In this document: positions 12,793 to 25,947 of the stretch, piece by piece
Layout of the letters: the number at the start of each line of letters is the position of its first letter
How positions within the stretch are numbered: the stretch's first letter is position 1
Assembly (NCBI GenBank): GCA_964016885.1
Contig: OZ024742.1
Location: 73,532,001-73,596,000 of the forward strand
Direction: 5' to 3'
Length of the DNA: 64,000 bases
Source: Eledone cirrhosa
Lineage: Eukaryota
The notes under the pieces: generated by a model
Database searches by the model: none
What the model was told of the DNA's origin: nothing
Seen by the model: the letters and a program-made list of their open reading frames with translations, nothing else
Program-made: the position numbers and the translations under genes

Positions 12793-13500
12793 AAACCAAT
12801 TCCTCCAATTGCAGCACCGATGTCATTTTTTGATGTTGATGCAGTAAACAGAGTGCTCTTGCCGATGTTATGGGTGATTATGTCTGGTTCATTCTCTTTG
12901 TGGATAAATCAATGTTCTTGAACACATACAATTGCAGTGTTATAGGTGTTGATATGCTTGTTGAGCTCCTCACGGGAAAAGTAAGATGTGAGTGAGCAGC
13001 AGTTTAGAGAGCTGAAGGTGTATCGTCTCTTTGCTCGAGAGTCCCTCCCTAGTCTTGACATCAGAGGATGCCCATCCAGTAGGGAGAAGTTAAACCTTCA
13101 GGACCTTGCCGGGACAAAAATAATCATGGGTTCTAACTGTGGAGCTGTTGTTTTTACCAGTCATGTTTTCTATTAGTTGAAATACTGTGATGACTTGCCA
13201 GGACTCCCACAGGTGCAGTGCCTTACTGATGGAGGTAGAGTTCCCTTACTGTTGACCTGATGATCGGTTCCTTCACTAAGCAAACAAGCATTAAAAACTG
13301 AGACAACTGTTTATCAGTGTTCACTTTTCAGCACAATCACCATTCATGCTTCTCAAATGGATCTTTATATAACCCTGCATGGGTGGTTTCCAGGTGCTAT
13401 GCCTTGCAAAAGGGAAACCTGGGATTTGGTCCAAACCGGAAACTATGGACTTAGAGATACCAAGCTGGGCATCTTTCTCAAATTGATTTTATCATTTACA
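12793..13500 (-). mobile_element. 5' fragment of an RTE/RTE-X-like LINE (APE endonuclease N-terminus plus putative 5'UTR), pseudogenised
   Basis: Minus-strand translation REELNKHINTYNTAIVCVQEH*FIHKENEPDIITHNIGKSTLFTASTSKNDIGAAIGGIG carries the APE-type CxQE and GGxG motifs. Confidence 0.65.
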
Positions 13501-13779
13501 GGAAACAATGTAGAAGCAGCATTCATTAATAGGATAGTGGGTGGCAGAATTAGTGAAATGGAAACCATTATTAGGGTAGCAGAATTGGTAGAATAGAAAC
13601 CATTATTAGGAAAGCGGATGGTAGAATTGGTGGAGCATTGGGAAAGTGTTGTAATATTTAGTTAGTCTTTGTCCTTCATTTTTCTGAGGGTTTGTAGAAT
13701 AAATACCAGTCAAATCCTAAGGGTTAATTATTTAGATTACAACCTTCCTTAATGGTTGGCATGTTTCATTATTATTATT

Positions 13780-14530
13780 GGTAGATTGGCAGTATCAGTA
13801 GAGGGTTGGATGCCATGCTTTGCAGCAAAGAGTTAGGGCCCTTTATGATCTGAAGTTAACTTTGCCTTTCATCCTTACGGGGTCGATAAAATAAAGTACC
13901 AGTAATACACTGGTATAATTGCTGGCCTTGTGCCAAAAGTAGAAACAATTATTATTATTATTAAGGTGGTGGTGGATTGGTAGAGTCGGGTACCATACCA
14001 TGCTTTGCAGCATAGAGTTACGGTTCTTTACGATTTGAGTTCAAATCCCGCCGAGGTTAACTTTGCTCTTCATCCTTACGGGGTCGATAAAATAAAGTAC
14101 CAGTAACGTACTGGAGTCGATTTAATCGACTTTTCTCTCCCCCCAAATTACTGGCCTTGTGCCTATAGTAGAAATCATTATTAAGGCGGTGGATTGGCAG
14201 AATCAGTAGAGTGTCGGACACCCTGCTTCACGATAGAGTTACGGCCCTTTACATTCTGAGTTTGAATCCTGCCGAGGTTAACTTTGCCATTTATCCTTAC
14301 GGGGTTGATATAATCAACTTCCCCCTCCTCTAAATTACTTGTGCCTATAATAGAAATTATTATTATTATTAAGACAGTGGAAAGGCAGAAATTTTCCCCC
14401 TGTATTCTGAATTCAAATCCTGACAGGGTTAACATTTCTTTTTACCCCACTCGGAAGGAGTCTATAAAAATAAAAGTCCTATAGTTGATTTGATTGACTG
14501 TATCATTGCCTCATAAACTTGTGGCTTAAA
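13780..14530 (+). mobile_element. Tandem cluster of about four tRNA-derived SINEs
   Basis: Repeated ggattggcagtatcggtagag..gagttcaaatcc(B-box)..gttaactttgcctttcatccttacggggtcgataaaataaagtaccag..agaaacaatt(att)n, with further decayed heads at 13535-13740. Confidence 0.85.
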
Positions 14531-14927
14531 AACAGATGATAATAATATAATAATAATAATAGTAACAGTGATATTATTGTTTTTACATCCATTTCCCCAT
14601 GTTTCTGTGGATGAATAGTGTTCTGTTTTCACAAGTGGGTAATGGTGATGTTCTTATATCCAAACCACAAATGTTTTCAAAAGTTTTTATGTTTGGACAC
14701 CTTGTAAAGTAGATATAATGAAAGGTTTAGTGATAGATGCTACACTGAAAGGTAAATAACTGTTAAAGAAACATGTTTCAGTTTAAATAGTGGATACTCC
14801 TCAATTTTGATGAGCATTCAACATGTGAAATAAATATGTAATCGCTTGAGTATTCAACACAGTTAATGTTTTCTAATTTTATTTTAGAAGCTTGAACTTT
14901 TAATTTGTATAGTTTAATGTGATGTTA

Positions 14928-15389
14928 TCTAACTATAATAAAGTAAGAAGTGCGGGACCGCGTACGGTTTATCATTTTTTATCCCCTTAGTAAAATAAGT
15001 TGGATTACTTTGAATAAATAATGAATGAATATTACATAATTTATCTACTAAATTTCATGGCTGTTCATTAAATATATTTTATTACTTATTTAAAGATTCA
15101 CTTCTTTAAAATTTTCAAATGTCAACAATTCCGGTTAGCGATCGTTTAAATAAATATTTATATATTTCTGTTACTCCTAGTGCAGTTTATATATAATATT
15201 GTCTTTTTTTAATGTATCATGCATGGATTACGTTACTGGTGTAACACAGTCTTCGTATAATTTCTGTGTATATTGTCAATTACGATTTTATTTGATCATA
15301 TCTACATGCATATATACTTGCGTATAATATTGATATACACACTACACATGCTAGCAGAAAAACCACCCGAAGGGTGATTTTTCTGCTAG
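14928..15389 (+). mobile_element. Non-autonomous Helitron (462 bp)
   Basis: A|TCTAACTATAATAAAG start, CTAG|T end, and subterminal hairpin ctagcagaaaaaccaccc-gaa-gggtgatttttctgctag. Second copy at 40913-41349. Confidence 0.8.
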
Positions 15390-15419
15390 TAGTATTAATG
15401 GCCTTCCAAATGATAGTCA

Positions 15420-16361
15420 TTCATCATTCATCATCATCATCATCATCAGGTTTAGCGTCCGTGTTCCACGCTTGCATGGGTTTGGACGGGGGTTTTCCCA
15501 CTTGAGGCAAGAGTGGTTGTCTTGCTCGCATAGGACTGTCTGGCGGGTTTTCTACAGTTGGATGCCCTTCCTAACACCAACCACATTTACAGTGTGGGGC
15601 TGGGAGGTTTTTACCGTGTTGCCTACACGGCCACATTACAGCGTGGACTGTCTGGCGGGTTTTCTACAGCTGGATGCCCTTCCTAACACCAACCACATTT
15701 ACAGTGTGGGGCTGGGAGGTTTTTACCGTGTTGCCTACACGGCCACATTTACAGCGTGGACTGTGTGTTTTTTTGTCGTGACACCTACACGATCTCATTT
15801 GTTTCGGCCTGGATGTTGTGGGACCAACATAACTGTACATTGAAAGGGGCGGTGTGGATGGGGTGGAGGTGGTGGGACGGGGGGGGTGTTTTGATAGAGA
15901 TGCCTACTGACTGTAGTAGGTTTTTACTTTGTATTTAGGTAAGGCGGGTCTTCTCTATTACTGAGTACCGCCAAAGGTCTCGGTCCAGTGACATTGTCTT
16001 GGAGAGGTGTAAGCGTGTGAGGTCGGAATTTATCAGCTCGTCCCATGTTTTTCTGGGTCTGCCTACTCCGTGGCTACCGTCTATCTTTATTGCCCTGCAC
16101 TTTGTTATACAGCTGTCGTCTTTCATGCGCATCACGTGACCGTACCAACGTAGCCTTCTCTCGAGTAAACAACATCTGATCCCTCTTATTTCTAATTTTT
16201 TCCTTAGTTCGTTTATGCTTTGCCGTTCACGTATATTACTATTGCACATCCAGCGGAGCATGCAAGCTTCGTTCCTCTCTAGTCTGCGTATACGTTCCTC
16301 TCTAGTCTGCGTATACGTTCCTCTCTAGTCTGCGTATACGTTCCTCTCTAGTCTGCGTATA
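15420..16361 (-). mobile_element. 5'-truncated copy of the RTE LINE at 56.5-60.3 kb
   Basis: ORF 15935-16261 (MLRWMCNSNIRERQ...GRPRKTW...EKTRLT) is almost identical to 59593-59964, followed by the same 3'UTR and a (GAT)n tail. Confidence 0.95.
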
Positions 16362-17334
16362 AATAAAGTCATTATGTAGGAAAAACAGTTGATACCAGAA
16401 ACCAAAAATTAACTATGGGAAAAGTTTTCTGAAGGGACACACCAAATTGTTTACCCTATCTTAGAAGTTTCTAAGGTTGCTTTTGACTGGTTATAAATGT
16501 TGATATATAGTTTATTAATTTATTTTATTTGATATTGGTGATCATCATTGTTTAATAAGAGCTGTACAGGTTGTCACAAACCAGCCAGTACTCAAGTGAG
16601 GCCACTGACCTCTCAGATGACCTGAGGGCATACATCTCAAATCCTTACATTCTATTGATTGCTCAGATGGACCAATGACTCACATTTTGCCTACATACAG
16701 AGTGCATTTTATTCTGGCACTAGCACTAGGGAGGTTATCATGTCTTTGACACAACTAAAGAGGCCTCCTGATGACTTTCCAACAAACCAATCACTGGTTC
16801 ACTGCATTAGTGACAAAAATGTGCCTGTAGTGGAAAAATATTGCAAAGGACTTTGTTTGGCAAACACTGTTTTTGCAGATTGTTACTGATGCTTATATCC
16901 ATTGCTATAAACAATTTTACATCCTTCTGGATAAATAATTGGTAGTTAATTCATTTATTGAAAAATAAATGTAATTCTTGTGGAATTTGAATTTAGAATG
17001 TAGTGATACTAAAAATACTGTAACCTACCAACATATCCTTATTACTTATATGATAATTTCTTAGACAACTGTAAAACATTAAGATCTGGAGTATTGTGGT
17101 ACTTACGCTTTTTCTGATGAATTTAGTAGTGTAAAATGAATAATTTCAACTAATATTTATAGTTGTCTAATAAATACACACCAGGTTTCTGTCGTGTTTG
17201 ACTTCGTATTTTGGCCACAGATATAGTAGTAACTTCATCATTTGTTTTTTACATTTTAATGTGACTACTGAATTCATTCTTAGTGGTATATTATGTGCCA
17301 AATATTAGGTGGACAGGGTTTGGCTATGTGTGTA

Positions 17335-17620
17335 TCATTATCATCATTATTTTACCTCCATTTATCCCTGTCTGCATAGGTTAGGTGTGTTCTTTCCAGT
17401 ATAGCTCCCCACCCTCTACTTGTAGCATTTCTTTTGACATTTCCTTTGTGAAAATCAGTGTTTTGAGATCAGCTCTAGCCACCTCTGTCCAAATTTTTCT
17501 TGGTCTTCTACTACAGCTTCCCTCTACTGGCACTTCTTCACCACATGTCCATACAATTATAGTCTTCTCTAAGGAGTTCCCTTGCCCTGCCACTGTCTGC
17601 CCTAATCTAGTAGATTTACT
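17335..17620 (-). mobile_element. Old RTE LINE 3' fragment
   Basis: Translation VEGSCSRRPRKIWTEVARADLKTL..TKEM matches the RTE C-terminal GRPRKTW region; a decayed tail follows. Confidence 0.65.
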
Positions 17621-18456
17621 ACCAAAGCTGTGAACATTTGGTCTTTAGAGAGTTATGTCTAAGATACATTATCTAATGTAATCTTTCTTATCATGATGGT
17701 GAGGAGGTGTAATTTGAGAGATGTTTGGGCTGTAGAGACTTTCATTCATATATATTATGTAAAATAGGCAGCAGTGTATATATGCATGTTTATATATATT
17801 TAAACTCCTTGTTAGCAGGGAAAATGAGTGTTAAATCAAGGTGATACTGGCTGTTTTCTTCAACTACTGAAGCATTGTGCATTATGAAAATGCACTAGGA
17901 CAAACAGTTATAACCAGGAAGTCTTCCATTGTTTTTGTGATGCAGTTTCACGCAAAACTGGCAACATGTTCAGTGATGGTTTATGTGAATATTAATAAAC
18001 AGATATTGACTACAGTTGGTATGTTATAACTGTTAATATAAACAAATGAAATATATGTTGGTGTGTTATGAGATAAGGCAGATAAGTAAAATTTCTAACG
18101 CACCTCTTTCTTGTAACATTAGTCAACTTTATCTTATAGCACGGATGTAGTGGTTAACTAATAACAATGACCTAGTATTTGACCTGCTTAAATTAGTGAT
18201 TACGAAAAGGATTTAACTAAATTTTCAAATCTGTTTTCCCTCAGATGGGACTTCATAATATGTTTGAAACACTTTCAGTTTTTCACAACTTATCAAATGT
18301 AAATGAAATAAATTATTGGTTGATTGTGATCATGTGTGTACGTTTTTGTTATCCTTTAATCTGGAGGAATGGCAGTACACCTCATGACCCTTTTCAGTGC
18401 CTCCATGACTAGTGGGGAGGAGTTAGATCTGCCCTCTCTCTTTCTCTGTATACATA

Positions 18457-18751
18457 CACTGGAACCTTGATTCACAAATGCTTCTCAATCAAATTGGATC
18501 ACAAACGATGTGTTGAGTAACGAACACGCAAACCATCGACAATGGTGGCAACATGCTGGGAGTATCAGCAAGAAAGTGTCACTTGCTGTGTAGTTAGTTA
18601 CTATAGTGATCTCTGTCTTTCACTCACAGTCTCTCTCTCACTATATTTTTCTCTCAATATTTCGTATCGGAAAAATAGTTTTAGTTTATGAACATTTCGA
18701 GTGATGAACGACCTTCAGGAACGAATTAAGTTCATAACGAAGACTCCACTG
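18457..18751. mobile_element. Tigger/pogo-like MITE
   Basis: Decayed terminal inverted repeats TA-cactggaaccttgattcac ... gttcataacgaagactccactg resemble the CAGTGGAACCTCG type. Confidence 0.6.
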
Positions 18752-21074
18752 TGTGTGTGTATATATATATAGTATTGGTGATCTACATGATAAACGCACT
18801 CAGTACATGTTGTAAAGTGGTTGGTGATAGGAAGCCATAGAAAACTCACCAAACAATGGGTTGTGTAAAAGATGTGGAACCCTCCTGTGCACTTGGTAGA
18901 ATGTGAGACCATACATAAGCAAGATTGTCTGGGAGATCATTAGCCACCGCTTCAGTACTAAATTGGTCTATGTAGATCTGTCCAATCCTTGCTAGCAAGG
19001 AAAACAGACATTAAAATGATGATATATATATATATATATATTACCATTAATTTACATTGGTTTTTCCATTCTTGCATTGGTTGGCAGGACTTTGTGAGGC
19101 AATGTTTAAAACCGGATGCCTTTCTTGACACTGACCCTTTTAATTGCTTCTTACAACATGCAAGGATTACTGTGTACCTATTCTAAACTGGATATATATT
19201 AGCTAACAAGCTACAATGATTCAAGAGCCTATACTTTTGTGGTAATGCACTTATCAAACATTAAGTGCTTAATAAGTACATTAGGACAAAACTTTACACC
19301 CATGAAACATTGTACCTCAGCTAACAACAATATAAATATCCTGCTTTAAATCTATTGAATTTCATTATTGACATTTGTAAACCCAAACTTATGTGTTTGT
19401 ATTTGGGTCTCTTAGTATTTGGGATATTTATTAGTTGGTCTTAGAAATGAAGATTGATACTAACTAATATCCACATTAGAAAGTGTATTGTATCTTTATG
19501 CTTATTCTTGTTAAAAAGTACCCAGATAACTACAAACTTTTGTTTTATATATCATCATCAATGTTTTCCTTACTAGAAAGGGTTAGACAGGTTGTCATGG
19601 ACCAAGCCAGAACTTAGCTGGAGCCACTGACTTCTCAAACAGTCGAGGAGCTGGTGGCAAAACAGGTTTTACATTTCACTTAAATATATTCACGTACCCT
19701 ACAGAATGTACTGGGTGCATTTTATCATGGCAGCAGTACTAAAAAGTTGTCATATCTTTGACACAACTGATGAGTCCTCTTTGCCCATTATCAAGTTTTC
19801 TATGGCTGGATGCATATTTTCTATAGCACTAGCTGCAGAAAGGTTGTCGTCCTTTGACGACTCTGTGAGTCTTCTTAGTATGCAGAGAGAAAGAAAAGTG
19901 TAAAAACAACTCAGTCCTTTCATGGACATTAAGACTGCTCAGGATAGAATACTGGTTTGTTGTGGATAACTTTCCCAGAAGCTTGCTTGTTGCTAACTAA
20001 TGTCCTACCAACTAAGGCATTGTAAAATTTATCCAAACTTGTCTATTAAACTCATCACCTATGAGATGTTAGTTGGTATAACTTATCCACTATTCTATAA
20101 AGCTTTAATGTCATCTGTAGAGAAAATGAAGTAAAAATTATCTTAAAAATTTAGAAATATTACTTTACAAATTAGTATTTTAATGTCACAGTTTAATACT
20201 ATTTTGTGTATTTTTGTTTTAGAAATATTTAAATATAGATTTGTTTGTTTCATTAACAATACCTCTATAGTTAATTATTGTATGCAGTAATTTGTCTTAG
20301 AGTTAAATCTATAATACATCTATTGTATATTGAAGTATTAATATCTATGGTTCATTAAAATATATTATAGATTTGTTGAGAAGTACGGTATAATAAAGTA
20401 CCTCTATGACATATATTAGAATATATATATTATTGTGGCAGTTAAAATGAAAACGTAAATGTTTAAAACTTTCTACTCCATATGTAATACATATCTGCCC
20501 CTCATCAAAGTCCCCTTTGTGCCTGTAATTTATATACTCCATCCAATCCCTGTAGCTAATAAACCTCGGAGAACAGAACCCTGTTTTCAGCAGACAGACA
20601 ATAGGTTCAAATGTACTTTTAGTTTTTAGTCTCAAACTGTTTACTATCTTAAAATTTTACAGCCGGATACTTAGCACTTTTTTCTCATCATAAAACTAAA
20701 ATGTATTTAGAGTTTCATAAACCTTTTTCAACTTTATTAATTTTTAGTATTTTTAGTATTTTATATAAATTTCTTTTTGCTAATTGAAAATAATTTTCTT
20801 TTTAACTTGATTTTTAAAATGATTCACACCGTATTTTGGAGAGTAAAAAACTTTTTTTTTAATAAAAAATTAAAACATTTTTTTCTACGATGTTGCTTTA
20901 ATTTTAACAGTGATCTGAAAAGTTAGGTGGATGTACACTTTGACGAAAACTTGCATTCAATAATTGCTTATATAATAAATTTTATTTTGTTATCACAAAG
21001 GCAACCGTTGAAATTGAATGAAGTAAAATAAAAATAAAAGATGGTATATACAGTATACAAAATATGTTATGTAT

Positions 21075-21540
21075 GGGTGCATGCTGACAGTTGGCCAATG
21101 CACTTTGGTTACATTTACTGGAGTGCAACATTTTCCTCTCTACCTTCACCTTGCTTTGCAAGTGGAACTGGGAAGAGTCAATGAAGAATTGAATGAAGAA
21201 CTTCACTCCTTTCAGTTGCATCCACCATACATCCTCTTTTGTGATAGAGTGGGGAAACTTCATGGTCATTAGCTGGATTTGTTGTACACCTTGCAACAGC
21301 TGTTTTACAAAACTACCATGAGTCACAATTGTATGCACTCATTCATTCTCCAAGCATCTCACACTGGCTCAGTCGATGGTTCTTCCATGTCTAGAGTTCA
21401 TTTCAAACCAGCAATACCTCCCCCCTCCATCCCAATAACACTGCAATATCAGGAATTTCTGGAAGTTTTTCCTGAGAACATTGTTGTTCTTCACCACAAG
21501 TAGTCGTCCTCAGTAGAAGTTAACTCTTTTGGTGCCAACT
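21075..21540 (-). mobile_element. Degenerate Tc1-like transposase fragment
   Basis: Frame-broken minus-strand peptides FFIDSSQFHLQSKVKVERK and PKCI..TV.H resemble the Tc1 pattern W..VLFSDESKF...P.C...TVKH. Confidence 0.45.
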
Positions 21541-24500
21541 TATGTGTAAGTGCCCCCTGATACTACTCTTTTACCTGTTCCAGCCATCCGGCTGAGGCCA
21601 TGCTGGGGCACCATGATACAAAGCTGTATTTTTTTTAATTCAAACCTTCTATCATAAGTTTATGTAAGAAATTTTTGTTGTGTTTCAATACCAGCACAGC
21701 CATGAAAAAGTTATATTACAAAATCCCTCTAAATTCTTGATTACTTTCAAAATTAATAGAAAATTACCTGGCAGTGTGTTAGATTAGAAATCTGGTCATG
21801 AATTGGTTAATGTGTAAGTTTTACTAGCCTCATTGCTTGACTGTTGTTGTGAGTGGCTGACATTCCAGATATCAAGTACTTAGTGTTGGACTGCATTTCT
21901 GTCTAAGAGATCAGCTGTAGGAAAACATCCATGACAAAGGGTAACCATATCTGCTTACTCACCTTCAGGAAGTTTATCTTCAGTACACTACAGTGGTTGG
22001 TGGCAGAACAGATATCCAGCCATAAAAAGAATCATAGAGACTCTGTGAGACCTGTCCAAATCATGCCAGATTTAAAAAATCTATGTATGATCTGCTTTAG
22101 TAATAGGTAATTCTTAATTATGATTTTTTTTTTCTTTCCAAAAATCAATAGTCACCCTACTTATTGCAAATATTTGGTTCAGAGGGATGTCAACCTTTTA
22201 CATTTATAAACATCATTTTCATAAAACTAATTAAATGTTATAGAGTTAATTATAAAAGTTCACATCTTACAGGGTTAGTCATCACATTTTTATTCTTAAT
22301 CTCACCACATATTTCTCATATTTCCATTAAGTGTCCCTTTGTGACCCCTATATTTTGTGTATGTACTTACCCTGTCCATATGTCTATTGTTGACTGACCT
22401 ATTTCTCTTGTGTCCAAGTATTTTTGCGGGTGGTAATGGTCATGAGGACTCATCTACACCTAGTTTTTTGTGTTAGTTGGGGACAATGTAGGTAAAAAAA
22501 AAAAAAAAAGAACTATAGCAGGGAGCAGTAGGATTTGTTAAAAATAATTTTTCGAAATATTTATTGTAATTATTAAATTATTAGTTTTTGTAGAAACTTT
22601 AATTGTAAATAAATCATATCTGTTAATCTTAAGAAATAATAACCTGATTATTTTCTGGTTTAATAAAGTTTTTAAAAAATCTGCTGAATGAATTCCTACA
22701 AAATATAAATATTTAAAAAAAAAAACTTTTTCTTTCTATATTTCAGTCACAGTTGAGTGACTGCATCAGTTAATAATCAACACCAACAGCCTAATATGAA
22801 TTCCAAAATTTTAACATTTTTTTTTCATTAAACATTGTTAATGATCTTAGCTAGGCATGAATATCATAACTCCCACATCACATATGTTAAAAATTTCAAA
22901 CTTCACTTTTACATGACAAAATATTGTTTCATTAAGTTAGGGGTTTAGCTAGGCTTATTGCTGTTTCATCTTTACATATTAACTAATTGATTGTCCTGAT
23001 CAGAATCCAGTCACAGTTATTCATCCTAATATGTGCCCCCTTAAACCCCAAACATTCCTTATCTCCCTCTCCAACCCACTTTCCCCTATGCATGTGTGTG
23101 TTTCTTCAGCAGACAAATATTTGTGAGATATCACATATATAGCAAGATAGCTTGGCTCCAACCTACACTATTGACTAGGTAGATAATTCTTATTTTTGTT
23201 GGGTAAAATGGCAAGCTGCTTCTATTGTGGTATGTGAAGGATGAGTCAAATAAAATCAATAGCAGGGAGGCTGGTAAATGGCATGAATCCATGTGGAGAG
23301 AAAGCAGGAGGGAGCTTAAGTATGAGTATGGATGAGGTGGTGTTGGTGATGGGGGGGGGGGGGGCTCGCCTGACGTCATTTTTGCTGCTGCTGTTGTTGT
23401 TGTTTTTCAATGTAAAACCTCTCTTGTCTTTCTTTCCATTCTCTACTTTTTTAAAATAATAATTTTGCTGCTTAAGGAATTTTCAGAGGTTGTATATGTG
23501 GAGAGGGGAGAAGGGTAAAACTACCCTTATTTTTTTTTTACCTCTCTTTTAAATCCACTTTGGTTGTACTGCTTCAACTATGGGTATTATTACTGCTTCT
23601 ACTACTACTAGATCTTCCAACACCACCACTACTACTACTAGATCTAATAAAACAATGACTGCTATTGAAAGCAGCAGTGATAATAGTTTTTCTCTGTGCC
23701 TCCTCCTACACTATCTCAGCTATTTTCAGACAACTCTTTCTCTATTGATTTTCTCATATCAGTTAAGGTCTCCCCTACCTCTCTCTCAACTGTTTAACCC
23801 TCCTCTTCCTCACAACTTGTCTTATCTGGCTTGGATCTTTATTTACTCATCTACCCCACAGAGGCCCCTTTCATTAACCTGAGAGGGGCTGCTCAGCAGG
23901 GGTTGGGTGTGACATATCAACAGTATTAAACATTGTTTTAAATAAAGTTTTATCATTTATTTTAAAAATAATTGTTCAACTTAAACCTCATTAATTATAC
24001 ACTTGTATTCCCCTCCACCACATGAATGGCCCTATTCAAAACATTAGAATTCACATCTCCATGGCATACAAACTTATTCATATTTGCAAATTTTATTCAG
24101 ATTGACACTAGATGCACTGATCACTAGGTTCCTCTGACTGTTTTTTTTCTTCCTTATTTTATTATTATATATCTTGTTTGCTGGTCACTTTCAGATCCAG
24201 TATTGATTTTGTTTCCTTTCCTTACTGATTACTGATAGATTATCCAAAAACTTTTTTGGTGTCAAATAGTTCACTAGGATTTTGGAGTTTAACCTTAAGT
24301 AAAATAGTCTTTCAGTGTTTCCACAGGCTGGCTTGTGATGTTACCATCGGCCACTACATACACACATTCATGCATATACACACACATAAATACAGACATA
24401 TTTTGGAATTTTGGACTAGTTTTATATAGAACAAAATTGATATTTCTAGGTTGGGATTTCAATTGTTGCCTGTGGACAAAATCTCACAATATATTGTGTA

Positions 24501-25015
24501 ATGCTTCTGCCCTTCCTCTCATTTTTATACAATTTTGTCGAACATGTCTCCAATTATACACTGAAAGTTTTATACATGAAGTTGGCTTCAGTTGTACAGA
24601 GGTATATATAAAATGCTAGCTGTAAATGTTTGAGCAGTAGTTCTTAGCTGTTTTTTTTTTTTGCTTCATGCCACATTATCACATATCAAAAAAATTGGTT
24701 CATACCCCCACCTCAATGTAAGAACATGTTTAGTGTTAAAAGATATAATGTAAAATTTAGAAAAATTCCTCAAAAATATTCAAATTGCCCCTTTATGAGC
24801 TGTGTGTCCCACATTTACAATCAGTGTTAGAGAGATTCAATTTGGCATTAGGGTATGGCACCTCAGCAATATTGAATATTCACAGAACTTCAAGATATTC
24901 TTTTATTCCATACAACAAAATCAAATATAGTTAAATCTGTTTTAATCAACTGAAAGTGAATATTGTATGTGTAGTTAGTGAGTCAGTTGTTCTGAGTTAG
25001 AATAGCTGAGTGTTC

Positions 25016-25118
25016 TAAGGTACGATAGAACTAGTGAGTCACTATTTTAAGGTACGATAGAACTAGTGAGTCACTATTTTAAGGTACGATGAACTAGTGA
25101 GTCACTGTTTTAAGGTAC
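25016..25118 (+). repeat. Three tandem copies of a ~32-bp unit containing TGAGTCA
   Basis: taaggtacgatagaactagtgagtcactattt x3. Confidence 0.9.
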
Positions 25119-25733
25119 CAATAGAACTGCCAGTGATCCAAAGTAGTAAAAATATTTTGGTAAATGTAGTTTCAAAACCTGATAAAAGAGTAGAACTTAG
25201 ACTGGGAAGATTGCAAGAATTATTCTATATGATAAACAGGAATGATTAACAAAATTATATTTATAAAATATTTTTGTTGTTTTTTGTTTCCCCTATGTAA
25301 ATTTTCTATTGAAGTCATGATTTTACAGTATACCTACTTGGTTGTTGTTGTTTAACCCTAGGTCTGTCTTGATCCAACGAATCTGATCGGGTGTTCCAGT
25401 TATGGCCTGTTCAGACATTATGTATTTAGGACTGTTATGTTATGTATACTATAGTAGTTAGAATTAGTAAATATAGTTGTTGTTTAGACCCAGGTCTGCC
25501 TGGATCTAATTCATTCATTATCAAATGTGCTTCAGCTACAACCATTCTATCTTTTATTTCAGACATTGTATATAGGACTAGATTATCTAATGCACAATAT
25601 AGTAGTTAGTACTAGTGACTATAGGTGTTTAATTCCAGATAAGTGTGCAGTTTGGGGACAATTTGCTTTCTGTATCTGGCAGGCCAAGTAATCACAACAC
25701 AGCTCTCATTGCTTTGACCATTTTCTTGTTTAA

Positions 25734-25947
25734 TCCTTTAGCATTTACATTAATCTATATATCATATTGTATTTTCACGGTAAAGGCTTTACCTCTTAAT
25801 TATCTTGCATAATATTGAATCTATGAGATTTTGATATTGTTTATTTTGAGAACAATACCGTAACATTAGTATCAGCAACTGGTTACAGCTGATTTGAAAG
25901 AGGTGAGATAATTCTGGCCTGATATGGCCAGTTTAAATGCTAAAGGG
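25734..25947. mobile_element. piggyBac-like MITE
   Basis: TTAA|tcctttagcattta ... taaatgctaaaggg|TTAA: terminal inverted repeats with TTAA on both sides. Confidence 0.7.

Noticed and set aside
19760-19790. CUGANGAG motif recurring in LINE-tail-related repeats (also ~27334 and ~32460 minus)
   Set aside because: No correctly placed GAAA or stem II/III, so no hammerhead can be built.
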